A stretch of DNA of 63,643 bases, counting the filler, from Octopus bimaculoides (taxonomy: Eukaryota), in the NCBI RefSeq assembly GCF_001194135.2. It is 7 parts of 7 records of this genome, joined end to end, with 100 filler letters (N's around TTAATTAATTAA, not from the genome) between each part and the next. Parts side by side here need not be neighbours in the genome. Positions count along the whole stretch, not along the records: positions 37,565 to 50,965 come from NC_069004.1; positions 51,066 to 54,576 come from NC_069005.1; 5 more parts are not named here. One strand, 5' to 3'. The notes beneath the pieces are model-generated. The model saw only the letters and a program-made list of their open reading frames with translations. It searched no databases and had not been told where the DNA came from. Below, in pieces: positions 39,014 to 52,117 of this stretch. The translations under genes and the position numbers were made by a program. Each line of letters starts with the position of its first letter. Position 1 is the first letter of the stretch.

Positions 39014-40212
39014 GTATATGAAAACATGCATACATACGTATATCCTTGTGTGCGTTGGTGTGAATGTGGTTGGATATCTCCTTTCATAATCTGCTGAAGT
39101 TGTAATGCAGTAATGAGAACATGAGAAGAAGAAGAAGAAGAAGAAGAAGAAGAAGAAGAAGAAGAAGAAGAAGAAGAAGAAGAAGGGGAGGAAGAGGAGC
39201 AAGAAGAAGAAGAAGAAGAAGAAGAAGAAGAAGAAGANNNNNNNNNNAAGAAGAAGAAGAAGAAGAAGAAGAAGAAGAAGAAGAAGAAGAAGAACAACAA
39301 CAACAACAACAAGAACAAGAACAAGAGGAAGAACAAGAGACAGAAACAGACAGCGAAAGAAAGAGAAGACGGTGAAAGAGTGATGTGAAGACATTTTTAG
39401 TGTGCAAATATTTGCGTATACACATACAAACATGCATACATACAGCTTATCTTATATGTAGTGTTGTATTTATACAGTCACTCACATACGAACTCACACA
39501 CACACACACACGCGCACAAACACCTCCCGACACACACACAAATATATATTTATCCATAGATAGAACTATGTGTATGCATGTTCGGGTATGTCTTTGTATG
39601 TATAACTTTGAGCGAGTATAACCTATCGCCCGTACATTCTTCTTAGATCAATGAATATTTCTTTTGTCAATCTAAGTATAAAACTTCTTTATGAATATAT
39701 TTTACATGCAAATTTGCATTTATGATATATACATGCATACGCATACATATATATATTTCTCTGTGTGTGTGTGTGTGAGTGTGTGTATGTAACCATATAA
39801 ATTGATAGATTGATAGATATGCATATACATTTATATATTTATATATATATAGAAATAGATATATACATACATACATATGTATATAGAATGTACATAGGTA
39901 AGATGTAAATATGGATCTAACTATATACATATTTATCTAGCTATATACATACATACATTCATACATACATACATACATAGATTCATACATACATACATAC
40001 ATACATACATACATTCACACATACACACATCTTTATGAATATATTTTACAAGCAAATTTCCATATATAATATATACATACATGCATGCATATATATATAT
40101 TTATTTATTTGTGTGTGCATGGGTATCTGTATGAAGCCATATAGATTATTAGATAGACAGATGTGTATATACATATGTATATATGTGTATATACATATAT
40201 ATATAAACATAT

Positions 40213-40257
<45 letters not shown>

Positions 40258-40313
40258 AATTTAAGGATTGGAGAAAACGCACGTTATAATTGCATACTTT
40301 ATTCCTACATATG

Positions 40314-40530
40314 TTTCAAAGGATTACAACCTGTGTGATCCATAGGGATCTTTGATATTAAAATTGTAACCTTCTCATCAGGGAAAGCATGAATCAAGTC
40401 ATAACCTTATCCATCTATTGTTTTCATAATGTCTTACGTTTAAGATGATTCCCATGCTTTCCCTGATGTGAAGGTTACAATTTTAATATCAAAGATCCCT
40501 ATGGATCACACAGGTTGTAATCCTTTGAAA
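40314..40530. repeat. Near-perfect inverted repeat, 78-bp arms and 61-bp spacer
   Basis: 40314-40391 and 40453-40530 are reverse complements with one mismatch. The right arm abuts an N gap. Confidence 0.9.
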
Positions 40531-40981
40531 NNNNNNNNNNNNNNNNNNNNNNNNNNNNNNNNNNNNNNNNNNNNNNNNNNNNNNNNNNNNNNNNNNNNNN
40601 NNNNNNNNNNNNNNNNNNNNNNNNNNNNNNNNNNNNNNNNNNNNNNNNNNNNNNNNNNNNNNNNNNNNNNNNNNNNNNNNNNNNNNNNNNNNNNNNNNNN
40701 NNNNNNNNNNNNNNNNNNNNNNNNNNNNNNNNNNNNNNNNNNNNNNNNNNNNNNNNNNNNNNNNNNNNNNNNNNNNNNNNNNNNNNNNNNNNNNNNNNNN
40801 NNNNNNNNNNNNNNNNNNNNNNNNNNNNNNNNNATATATACATACATAAATATATATATATATATACATATACATACATACATAAATATATATATATATA
40901 TATACATTATGTATATATAATTTACATATGTAAGCAGGTATGTGTGGATCTATCTTTAAACTTATCTAGCTAGCTACAGAT

Positions 40982-41031
<50 letters not shown>

Positions 41032-41319
41032 GGTATTCTTAAGTTATTTGCGGGATCAACCAATACGCACGCCATACAGTGAGAAGTATGTATCACACAT
41101 ACACAAGAGTCTATACGTACGTGTGTGTTTGTGTGTGTCCGCGTGAGTATGCATAGACACATATATATTGATGTATGTATATATATATAAAAATGTGTGC
41201 GATCGTGTGTGTGTGTAATCTAATACTGATGTAAAATCGCACATCCACAGACAGAGATACGAGTATATAAAACTGATTCACACACACACACATACACAAC
41301 CACCCACATATTCTTTGTA

Positions 41320-41435
41320 ACCCTAGTACTTATTATATCGGTATGTTTTGCCGAACCTCTAGGTCACGAGGACGTAAAAACACCAGCATCGGTTGTCAAG
41401 CGATATTGAAGGGGCAAACACAGACAGACACGCAA

Positions 41436-41500
<65 letters not shown>

Positions 41501-41595
41501 GATAGATATATATATACAACGGTCTTCTTTCAGTTTCTGTCTACTAAATCCACTCACAAGGCCTTGGTCGGCCTGAGGCTATAATAGAAGACAGT
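41320..41595 (-). mobile_element. SINE family A partial copy
   Basis: Reverse complement of family A body with a CA/TA tract. Confidence 0.75.
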
Positions 41596-42329
41596 TGTCT
41601 ATTTGCTTTTGTGTATACATCTATATATGTATATGTGTGTCTTTATGTATAGTGTTCGCATCAGTGTTAGGTATTGATAGAAATATAATACGACTCAATG
41701 AATTTATGCATACACACACACACATATATATGTAATGAGTGACGCATATATGTGAGTATATGTATATATTCATACATATATGTGTGTGTGTGTGTGTGTG
41801 CGTGTGTTAGTTTTAATTTTTTAAATATTTTCTGCGCAACACTGTTTTACGTATATTCTGTATATTTAATAGTTTGTCTACACACATGCCTTCAGATAAT
41901 ATATTTTCATTGGCAATGAGTATATATGTGAATGTGTATGAGTTTATAAGTGGGTATGTCAATGTGTGTGGGAGTGTCTTTGTGTCTCTATGATAATTTG
42001 CATATTTAAATGTATTAGCAAAGAAGTTTATACTTACATTGCTTGACAAAATATTTCATGACGTAATACGTGTATACAGGCACTATGATATACTTTTCAC
42101 ACAGTCATACACTCAGAGGCATAACAATTTGCTTAAACAAGCATGTCATACACACACGCACACATACACACATATGTATGTATATATATATATATATATA
42201 TATACATACATATATATATACATATACATACATACACACAGTGTCAAGAATCTCTCGAGAGAACAGCAGGTCTTCGGAGAATAAAACCCCTGAAGCAAGT
42301 GTTTCGACCCTGAAATTTTTGCATTCTGA

Positions 42330-42560
42330 TGGGGCCGGGCCGGGTCGCATCCGGGTCATGACTTCCGGGTGCTCGTCTGCTGTCACTTTTTAACCAATTG
42401 AATATCGGAAACCTCTACATTTAAACCGCCTGGAGTTTTCATCTGGTTGTAACTCTTCTCCGTTGACTCAGCTTTCTAACTCATACTTAAAAAATAAATA
42501 CCCTTGGTTGTCATGGTAGCGGCGACACGTCAACGCTATCTCTATGAATCATTTAGAGTT
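42330..42560. promoter_or_regulatory. CpG-rich promoter-like motif cluster with no assigned gene
   Basis: GC box-like ggggccgggccggg, ETS ACTTCCGG (42361), CCAAT (42394), AP-1 TGACTCA (42464) and CRE-like ACACGTCA (42525) within about 200 bp of unique sequence. Confidence 0.4.
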
Positions 42561-43207
42561 ACTTCCCTTAGCGTTAAAACAAAAATATTTCTTTCAAGCG
42601 GTATGGATATCGTTATTATTACTCCATCTGGAACATCTATCCACTGTCTCTGATATTAACGGTTGTGTATGAATCTGAAAAGGGAGTGTGATTAATATAA
42701 AGGTACATGGTTTGGCTCAGTAGTTAAGATTTTGCTAGGCAAGTATGAACTTTCGAGCAACCCATACTTTATGTGAATGGATCAAATAAATGCCTTGGCC
42801 AGAGCGCAGATCTTGTTCAGATCTATGATGCCTTACTCTCTATTGTACAAATATATTTTAAAGAATTGGAAAATTTCGCCTATTTCTGACTGACTTGATA
42901 TCTTTCCAGCCTTATCTTTTAAGGTCTAAGTAGGATAGCTCTTTTACCTTTTTACCTTTTATTTGTAATATTTTAGTTTCCGCTTTTCATTTTTCGTTTT
43001 CCGTTTTTCGTTTTCCATTTTCCATTTCTGGATTTCCGTTGTTTACTGTCTGCTTTTTCTATATGCTGCCGTTCCAGTGTTTTCGCGTTACTTCTATTAT
43101 TCAATTTCCTTAGTTGGTTATGATATGCGGCTTGCGCCTGAATAATATGTTTGAGTTCTCTCAACATATGTAACTATTTGAGTTCTCTCAACATATGTAA
43201 CTATTCT

Positions 43208-44560
43208 TAACATCAATCACTTTACAAAGTGTGCTGGGTGCGTTTTATGAACCACTGTCACCCGTGCCTCTATGCACCACTGCCACGAATGCATTTTATG
43301 TGGCACCGGCACTTACAAATGACAAGCTTGTATGTGTGGATGACAGCGATTTTACTTATGTTGACAACTCTTCTCAAGTACAGCAAACCGCCACAACTCC
43401 TAGTCCCTTGTCATTTCCTCAGTGGGGTCCAGCGTTCGAAGATCCCTTCTTGCCACTTCATCTCACGTCTTCCTAGGTCTACCCCTTCCAGACATTATCT
43501 CCACAATTATAACACAGCACTTTTTTTGCGCAGCTGTCTTCGTCCATACGCATCTTCTCTCTTGCACACAACATCTGATGCCTCATAAACCCAGTTTTCC
43601 TCTTAAACCATTCGCACTCTGTCCATTGCGCACACTGACATTATCCATCCAGCAGAGCATGCTAGTTTCATTTCTTTCAAACCTTCTCAAGTCCTCTTTA
43701 GACAAAGCTCATATTTCACTGCCATGCAATACAGCTGTACGTACACAAGCATCATACAACATGCGTTTCACTCGGAGCCAGAGGCCCTTAGCAACAAAGG
43801 CATAAGCTCTCTGAACCTAGCCTAGCCCGTTGTTATTCTAACAACTACACTTTCAGAACTTCCACATCCATTGCTCTCTTGGTTACCTAGGTAACAGAAG
43901 CCCTCTACTACTTCTAATGCCCTCCCCGATCATTTGAAGGAGTCTACTTTCTGCGCATTTGTTGTGCATATTGTACCCGCACGTTTGCCATCCACAAAGA
44001 CTATTTTCTCTGTTAAACTTCCTGTGTCACCGTTACACCTCTTATATGTCCAAAGCTTACACTGGGTACAACGTGTGTAGTGTCTACTAACACACTTCTT
44101 ACATATCGCGCAGGGCCATTTCCCTGAAGGGATTTATGATTCGTTTAACTAGGACTTAAGTTTTTGCTAAATTAACTCTAAAGTCCTTAGATTCCAGGCC
44201 TTACTTCCACACCTGAAATTTCTGCCCTGGGTCAGCTAGTGATCTAGCTATAAGAACAACGTCATCAGTGTACTGGAGCTGAAAGAAGCAGCAGCCAGTC
44301 TTGAATTCCTCTGTTAAAGCCTGGAGGACTAACATTAACAAGAGGGGGATGAGGACTGATCCCCGGCGAGCTCCTGCTTCTACTCTGAATTTATTGCTAT
44401 ATACGTTGCCAACCCTCATCTTACTAACAGCATCCCTGTACATGGCTTCTGCAGATCTTACTAACCATTCATCTATCATTAGCTTCCGCATTGACCACCA
44501 GATGAAGGAGCGAGGGACCATGTCAAAGGATTTCTCCACGTCGAAAAAAAGCTAAGTATG
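43208..44560 (-). mobile_element. 5'-truncated RTE LINE, same family as 180-3333
   Basis: KSFDMVPRSFIWWSMRKLMIDEWLVRS...RRGSVLIPLL...QYTDDVVLIA, then C-terminal RPRKT and 3' UTR. Confidence 0.9.
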
Positions 44561-44807
44561 CCTTATTTCCTTTCCAAGATACAATATGAAGTTGTCACAA
44601 TTTCCTGTCCTGTAGTTTTCGTGTCATTAAAAGTTATCCTTTGCATTTCTCCTGGATAAATACTTAAACATGGGTATATTTCACAGCCACCTTATATATG
44701 TATATATATGTGTGCATGTGTGTACAAATACACACACACACATATAATATATACACACATACATAAATACATATCTATATGTATGTATGTATGTATGTAT
44801 TATGCAT

Positions 44808-45190
44808 AGGTGCAGGAGTGGTTGCTTCCCAACCACATGGTTCCGGGTTCAGTTCCACTGCATGGCATCTTGGACAAGTGTCTTCTACTATAGCCGCGGG
44901 CCGAATAAAGCCTAGTGAGTGGATTTGGTAGACGGAAACTGAAAGAAACCTGTTGTATATATATGTATGTATTATGTATTTGTTATTTGTGTTTGTATTT
45001 GTTCCCCTCCACAGTCGCTTGACAACCGATATTGGTGTGTTTACGTTCCCGTCACTTAGTGGTTCGACAAAAAGAGAGCGATAGAATAAATACTGAGTTT
45101 ACAAATAATACGTCCTGAAGGTGATTTGTTCGACTAAAGGTGGTGCTCCAGCATGGCCGCAGTCAAATGACTGAAACAAGTAAAAGAATA
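44808..45190 (+). mobile_element. SINE family A near full-length copy
   Basis: Head, TA tract, body and tail present. Confidence 0.88.
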
Positions 45191-45659
45191 TATGTCAGTG
45201 ATTTGATTGCTTTTGTTTTGCTATTGCTGCTGTTGTTGTTGTTGTTATTGTTGTGTCTTTGGTTTACATTTCCTCTGTTCCATACAAATAAATCTGTCAA
45301 GAGAAAAGGAAATCTTATTTTTTATAACGATTTCTTGTAGAATTTACGACAAAATATCCTCCAAGAATTTTTACTGATCTTCGGTCTTGGTTAAAGAAAT
45401 ATCTTTCCTTATTCTTTACATCAAAGGAATCTTTTTAAAATGAAAGTATTTTGTTTCGGAAAAGAAAAAATCATTAGATTGCACATGTCGATCGCTTTAT
45501 CCATTTGAATCATCGCAAATACAATAGACACGATAACGGTAATAACGGTAAACTTGCAACGCTTTTGTGTTTCTTTCTCTCCAAGGTTACTTAAGGATAA
45601 TCTTCCAAGATATATACAAAAAAAATGTTTGTTTGATGGACAATTTAAGAAATAAAATA

Positions 45660-46230
45660 AAATAAATGCTAGTTTCTTTGTACCACGACAGAGCAAATAT
45701 CGGTCTTGACTTCTTAGTAACTTGTGAGATCTTCTTATGGCCGGGTTCCAACCTGGACCGCAGTATAATGTACACCCTCCATACTTTTAGGTCCAACATC
45801 ACTGGCTCGAGGTTCTGGATACATTCCAGGCCAGTGTCTGCAATCAAGTTGTCAATGTCAGTGTAACAACGTTTTCCTCTTCTTACATCACCAGGAAGTG
45901 GGTTCCACAAGACTAATTTGGATGGTTCCATCCCAGAGTGGCGCATGAAGTGACCAGATGGTTGCAGCCGTCTTTGCCTGATCTTCTCACTTACTTTCAA
46001 CAGGCATTTGTTGGTCAGGTCTTGGCCCTGAGGTGTATCATAGAATGAGTTAACTCAAGACAGCTACCTACCGTTATAATTTTCGTGAACTTCAGAAAAG
46101 CGTTTGACAGCATCCATCGTAAGAAAATGGTGAAGATCCTTCGAGCATATGACATCCCAGAAGAACTGGTTCTTGTGAGTGCAAAGACCTACGAGAAAAC
46201 CAGAGCTTGTGGGTTGTCAGCTTTTGAGCT
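45660..46230. mobile_element. Two oppositely oriented RTE-like LINE fragments
   Basis: 45660-46030 minus: KVSEKIRQRRLQPSGHFMRH..LVLW..RRGKR. 46060-46230 plus: FVNFRKAFDSIHRKKMVKILRAYDIPEELV. Confidence 0.75.
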
Positions 46231-46539
46231 TCATAGACAAAACGTTCCTTAAGGTGAATAAGCTAGACAGAAAAGCAGAATATATCCTTAATAAAAGGTA
46301 AGTGTAGGCTTCTTGTGTGGATAGCAAGGCGCATATTAACACTATGGAAATTAAAAGAGAAATACAAGTATAGTTTTGTCAGATAAATTCGTTCGTTTTT
46401 TTTTACTTTCATTTTAATAATTTCCAACTTTTTTTATTGTAGTGTTTATGATCCTTTTGTTTCTCCATTCATCCGCTACAGCTTTTGGTTATTGTTTTTG
46501 AAATTTGGATAAAGTTTACCCTTATTCGGATAAATGAGG

Positions 46540-47498
46540 ATGGAGGGCCCAGCAGAAAGAAAACCAATCGACTTCTGACAACTTGTTCAAACGTGCAGAA
46601 TCAGATTTATGCACCATGACGAAATACGAATGCGAAACGTTTTCTGTGGGACAATCCCGTTGTAGCTCAGGATTCCGCCGCTAGAATCCACTTGACGTGA
46701 CCCTCAAGCATCAGTCTGCCGACCAGCGCTGTTCGGTCTAGTCGTGCTGCCACGTGGTGCGTCTTTGTTTTGCAGTACTTCTTCCCTGGTTGTCGATTTT
46801 TGTGATGGCTGAAACAAAGGGTCGGTGTGCTTCCCTGTAATTCTGTTTTCTGCTGAGGAAAACGGCGGCCGAAACGGTTGTCATGCTTCAAACAGCTTAC
46901 AAGGACGCTGCTATGAGCAAAACACAAGTTTACGAGTGGTTCCACGCTTTAGGAATGGTCACTTGTCGCTTGTAAGTCAACAACGTTCAGGACAACCGTC
47001 GATCTCCCGAACGAATGAAAGCATAATAAAAATTCATGAACTGATCTTGGAGGATCATCACTAACCAATTGACGAACTTGGTGATGTGACTGATGTGTCC
47101 TGGAACTCCTGCTAACGAATTTTCATTGAAGAATTGCAAGTGAAAAGAATTGCAGCAAAATTTGTGCTTCACTTGCTCGCGGAAGATCAAAAGCAATCAC
47201 GACTGAATGGATGTCATGAACTGAAGGAACAGTAGGAAGTTGATCCGGATTTTTTTTCGAAGTTCATCACTGGTGACGAAAGCTGGTGCTACGGAATTTG
47301 CAGATGTTGAAGAGGGGAAGAAAAGAACGACAGACGCATTAAAAGGCATCACTTCCACAGTTCCAACACTGCTTTGAACTGTGGAAAACGTGTCTGGACC
47401 AATGCGTTGTTTCAAATGGAGAATACTTTGAAACATGTAAAACTAAGTGAATAAAATAATATTGCAAAATTCCGGTTTCCTTTAAGTACCCCCTCGTA
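46540..47498 (+). mobile_element. Decayed mariner transposon with internal deletion
   Basis: Remnants of the HTH region (KTAAETVVMLQTAYKDAAMSKTQVYEW), AAKFV..L, the first catalytic ITGDESWCY and a C-terminal SNGEYFE. Right TIR ...ccggtttcctttaagtaccccctcg followed by TA. Left end uncertain. Confidence 0.88.
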
Positions 47499-49145
47499 TA
47501 CAGATGCTTGAATATCCTATGACTATGCAAATGGTATCATACATTCTGCATGCAGCTGTGTAGGGTAGTTCCTTATAGGAAAGACCCACTCATGCTAAGA
47601 AGCCAGATTGAGAGCTTTGTGTTTGCTGATATCTGATCGTATGTAGTTTGAAAGCAACACGCATTAAGAGGCTTTATTCTCGAGAGAGATAAAAACAGCA
47701 GCCATTAGGGAATTAGTAGCTAGTACGAAAGCGCCCAGCAAATATATAAGGTACGGCATCTTATGTTGGATCAAATACCAGTTCAATGTCTACTAAATTC
47801 AAATAAAAATTTCCTTTGAGGCTGAAAAGGACATGTTAGATAAAAACAAACTTGTGGGGGACAAAGGGCAACAAGAGCCGATCATATTCAAAATCAATGG
47901 ACAAGACCTGGCAAGTTCGCATTTATCAACTGGTGCAGATGAAAGCTGAACAAAATAAAATTACCTCAAATGACTGAGGAACGAAACTGGTAGAGCATTA
48001 GTGATACTCGAATGATGATACAACTTTCGAAACAACTCTATGTTCCATTGTGATACCGTGGCACTGTGACCTAGAGTCACCAAACTATCGGACGCGTGGT
48101 AAGTTGGAGTAAGCACATTCTGTTGATCTCACACTATATAATGAAGAAAAATTGAAATGGATTCGGCTTTGGTTGAACAAAATTTAACTGATAGTGAATT
48201 GAATTCGATGATAAGAAAAGTTTTCTCCTATAAAGGTAAATGCTGTGTGCGATAGATGTAGTGTTTAAATATTATATTGTGATACAGGGTTCTATTGTGT
48301 AAAGTTTAATTTAGGAAAATATACCGTCAAAGGTAAATATAGAATACCAAAGCATTGTACAGGTGAGTTAATGATTGTTTCTGAAGAAGAAGCATTCGAG
48401 ATCTCCGGTGGGAAGTTGCTATGATATCCATTATCATATTTGAACATGATTTCACGATAGCAATGGCAAGAAGCATGCTTCAGCAGAAAGATAATTCGGA
48501 CCTTTGAGCATTAAAATATAGAGGTTATATTTCCACGAATAGCAGAGAGCCGATGGATTCTTCAATAGAAATCCCCCAATAGCTCTCGTGTCCCTTTAAT
48601 ATTAATGATATTATTGTATCTTCTTCACAAATTTATTCCCTAAACAATACCCATATTCACATTATTGGCGATAGCTCCTGGTAAATATGTACGAACAATG
48701 CAACTTGCTTGCAAAAGTCGCAACATTAATTCTATAAACATTACATATTTTTTCCAAAAGAGAATTGTGTTGAAACGTATATTAAATATTTGATGCTTGA
48801 AGAAGCTATTATGAAATTAGAAACGAGTAACAATTTGGAGGGGTCCTATTTTATTTGTTTGTTTATATATTTATTTAGTTTTTGATCTCCTCAGTGTATT
48901 CACATGATGCAACAACAAATGAAAGCTACGGCTTCAAGCGACATTTTCAATATCCATAAGATGATAAATGCCGAATAAGCATGTTATATAACTCTTAGTA
49001 CATTTACACATGAAAGCAAGAAACATGTAGCTCCATTCGTTCATACATACATGGATACATGCATAGAAACACACATAACTACATATGTAAATATGTACAC
49101 ACACACATAGACATATTTACATATACACACATATATATATGCCTG

Positions 49146-49223
<78 letters not shown>

Positions 49224-49406
49224 TATACATATATATATAAACATATATATATATATACACATATAGATACACATATATATACATATATATACATATATAT
49301 ATGAATTTTCTGTTAGTATTTACATATATATATATTTATACATATATACACACACATAGACGTATATATACGCACACATACACACACAGACAGATGTAAA
49401 TATATA

Positions 49407-49443
<37 letters not shown>

Positions 49444-50261
49444 NNNNNNNNNNNNNNNNNNNNNNNNNNNNNNNNNNNNNNNNNNNNNNNNNNNNNNNNN
49501 NNNNNNNNNNNNNNNNNNNNNNNNNNNNNNNNNNNNNNNNNNNNNNNNNNNNNNNNNNNNNNNNNNNNNNNNNNNNNNNNNNNNNNNNNNNNNNNNNNNN
49601 NNNNNNNNNNNNNNNNNNNNNNNNNNNNNNNNNNNNNNNNNNNNNNNNNNNNNNNNNNNNNNNNNNNNNNNNNNNNNNNNNNNNNNNNNNNNNNNNNNNN
49701 NNNNNNNNNNNNNNNNNNNNNNNNNNNNNNNNNNNNNNNNNNNNNNNNNNNNNNNNNNNNNNNNNNNNNNNNNNNNNNNNNNNNNNNNNNNNNNNNNNNN
49801 NNNNNNNNNNNNNNNNNNNNNNNNNNNNNNNNNNNNNNNNNNNNNNNNNNNNNNNNNNNNNNNNNNNNNNNNNNNNNNNNNNNNNNNNNNNNNNNNNNNN
49901 NNNNNNNNNNNNNNNNNNNNNNNNNNNNNNNNNNNNNNNNNNNNNNNNNNNNNNNNNNNNNNNNNNNNNNNNNNNNNNNNNNNNNNNNNNNNNNNNNNNN
50001 NNNNNNNNNNNNNNNNNNNNNNNNNNNNNNNNNNNNNNNNNNNNNNNNNNNNNNNNNNNNNNNNNNNNNNNNNNNNNNNNNNNNNNNNNNNNNNNNNNNN
50101 NNNNNNNNNNNNNNNNNNNNNNNNNNNNNNNNNNNNNNNNNNNNNNNNNNNNNNNNNNNNNNNNNNNNNNNNNNNNNNNNNNNNNNNNNNNNNNNNNNNN
50201 NNNNNNNNNNNNNNNNNNNNNNNNNNNNNNNNNNNNNNTAATAATAATAATAATAATAATG

Positions 50262-50297
<36 letters not shown>

Positions 50298-50333
50298 GTA
50301 ATAATGATAATAATAATAATAATAATAATACTG

Positions 50334-50382
<49 letters not shown>

Positions 50383-50424
50383 TAATAATAATAATGATAA
50401 TAATAATAATAATAATAATGATAA

Positions 50425-50467
<43 letters not shown>

Positions 50468-50468
50468 G

Positions 50469-50518
<50 letters not shown>

Positions 50519-50638
50519 GGAACAAGGAGCCAACTGTAAGGATTTTCAGCTTCGTTCATATCTCGAATCAACTGTTCACATACAAATAGTGAAGTGTGTA
50601 TGGAAAATCGATTTCCTTTCTATTCTCTTCCTCAGTCG

Positions 50639-50682
<44 letters not shown>

Positions 50683-51065
50683 TTTGTTTATCTATTTTAT
50701 ATTTGGCAGAGGGTCGGTGTGTTGGTGGTGGCGGTGATGGTAGCATTGGTGTTGGTGGTGTTGTTTGCGGTGGTGCGATTCTGTGGTGGTATCATTAATG
50801 GTGTGTGTAGACATAAAGGTTAACTTCACTTACATGAAAGCAAATTGTTAGTTCATATGTGTGTGTGTGTGTGAATGTGTGTGTATGCACGTGCGTGCGT
50901 ATGTGTGTCTGCATGTGTGTGTGTATTTATACATATATATATATATATATATATATTTACATATANNNNNNNNNNNNNNNNNNNNNNNNNNNNNNNNNNN
51001 NNNNNNNNNTTAATTAATTAANNNNNNNNNNNNNNNNNNNNNNNNNNNNNNNNNNNNNNNNNNNN

Positions 51066-51106
<41 letters not shown>

Positions 51107-51334
51107 CATATATATCTTTGTATATATAATATACATACATGTATACATACATATATGTATTCACGTGTGCATGTATATATATATATCTATATATATATAT
51201 ACATATATATAATATGCATTTGTATTTAATGAGAAGTAGGAGGAGGTAAAAGAGGTAGACAAGCATGGTGGTGATGACGATAATGATGATGATGACGATG
51301 GCGACGATGGTGGTAGTGGTGATAGTGGAGGTGG

Positions 51335-51610
51335 TGGTGGCTCAGTGGTTAGAGCGTCGAGCTTATGATCGTGAGGTTGTGAGTTCGATTCCCGGACCGT
51401 GTTGCGAGTTGTGTTCTTGGGCAAGACACTTTAGTTCACGTTGCTCCAGTAAACTCAGCTGTAGAAATGAGTTGCGACGTCACAAGTGCGAAGCTGTATC
51501 GGCCCCTTTGCTTTTCGCTTGGATAACATTGGTGGTGTGGAGAGAGGAGGGCGGTAAGCATGGGCGACTGCTGGTCTTCCATAAACAACCTTGCCTGGAC
51601 TTGTACCTCG
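51335..51610 (+). mobile_element. tRNA-derived SINE family E with well-preserved head
   Basis: A box tggctcagtgg, B box gttcgattccc, then the SINE body tgtgttcttgggcaagacacttt. Related minus-strand copies at about 21560-21720 and 53230-53360, and a plus-strand head at about 27610-27700. Confidence 0.8.
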
Positions 51611-52058
51611 NNNNNNNNNNNNNNNNNNNNNNNNNNNNNNNNNNNNNNNNNNNNNNNNNNNNNNNNNNNNNNNNNNNNNNNNNNNNNNNNNNNNNNNNNN
51701 NNNNNNNNNNNNNNNNNNNNNNNNNNNNNNNNNNNNNNNNNNNNNNNNNNNNNNNNNNNNNNNNNNNNNNNNNNNNNNNNNNNNNNNNNNNNNNNNNNNN
51801 NNNNNNNNNNNNNNNNNNNNNNNNNNNNNNNNNNNNNNNNNNNNNNNNNNNNNNNNNNNNNNNNNNNNNNNNNNNNNNNNNNNNNNNNNNNNNNNNNNNN
51901 NNNNNNNNNNNNNNNNNNNNNNNNNNNNNNNNNNNNNNNNNNNNNNNNNNNNNNNNNNNNNNNNNNNNNNNNNNNNNNNNNNNNNNNNNNNNNNNNNNNN
52001 NNNNNNNNNNNNNNNNNNNNNNNNNNNNNNNNNNNNNNNNNNNNNNNNNNNNNNNNNN

Positions 52059-52117
<59 letters not shown>

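Noticed and set aside
39121-39375. Poly-Arg/poly-Glu ORF
   Set aside because: (GAA)n microsatellite spanning a gap.
43150-43203. Exact 27-bp tandem duplication with a small internal palindrome
   Set aside because: Two copies only, next to a LINE 3' end. Best explained as local slippage or an insertion scar.
49313-50798. ORFs of 400+ aa and other X-rich ORFs, including 24596-25600
   Set aside because: Open only because they read through N gaps and (TAA)n.
51335-51410. Functional tRNA gene
   Set aside because: A and B boxes are good, but acceptor and anticodon stems do not pair and the sequence continues into a SINE body.
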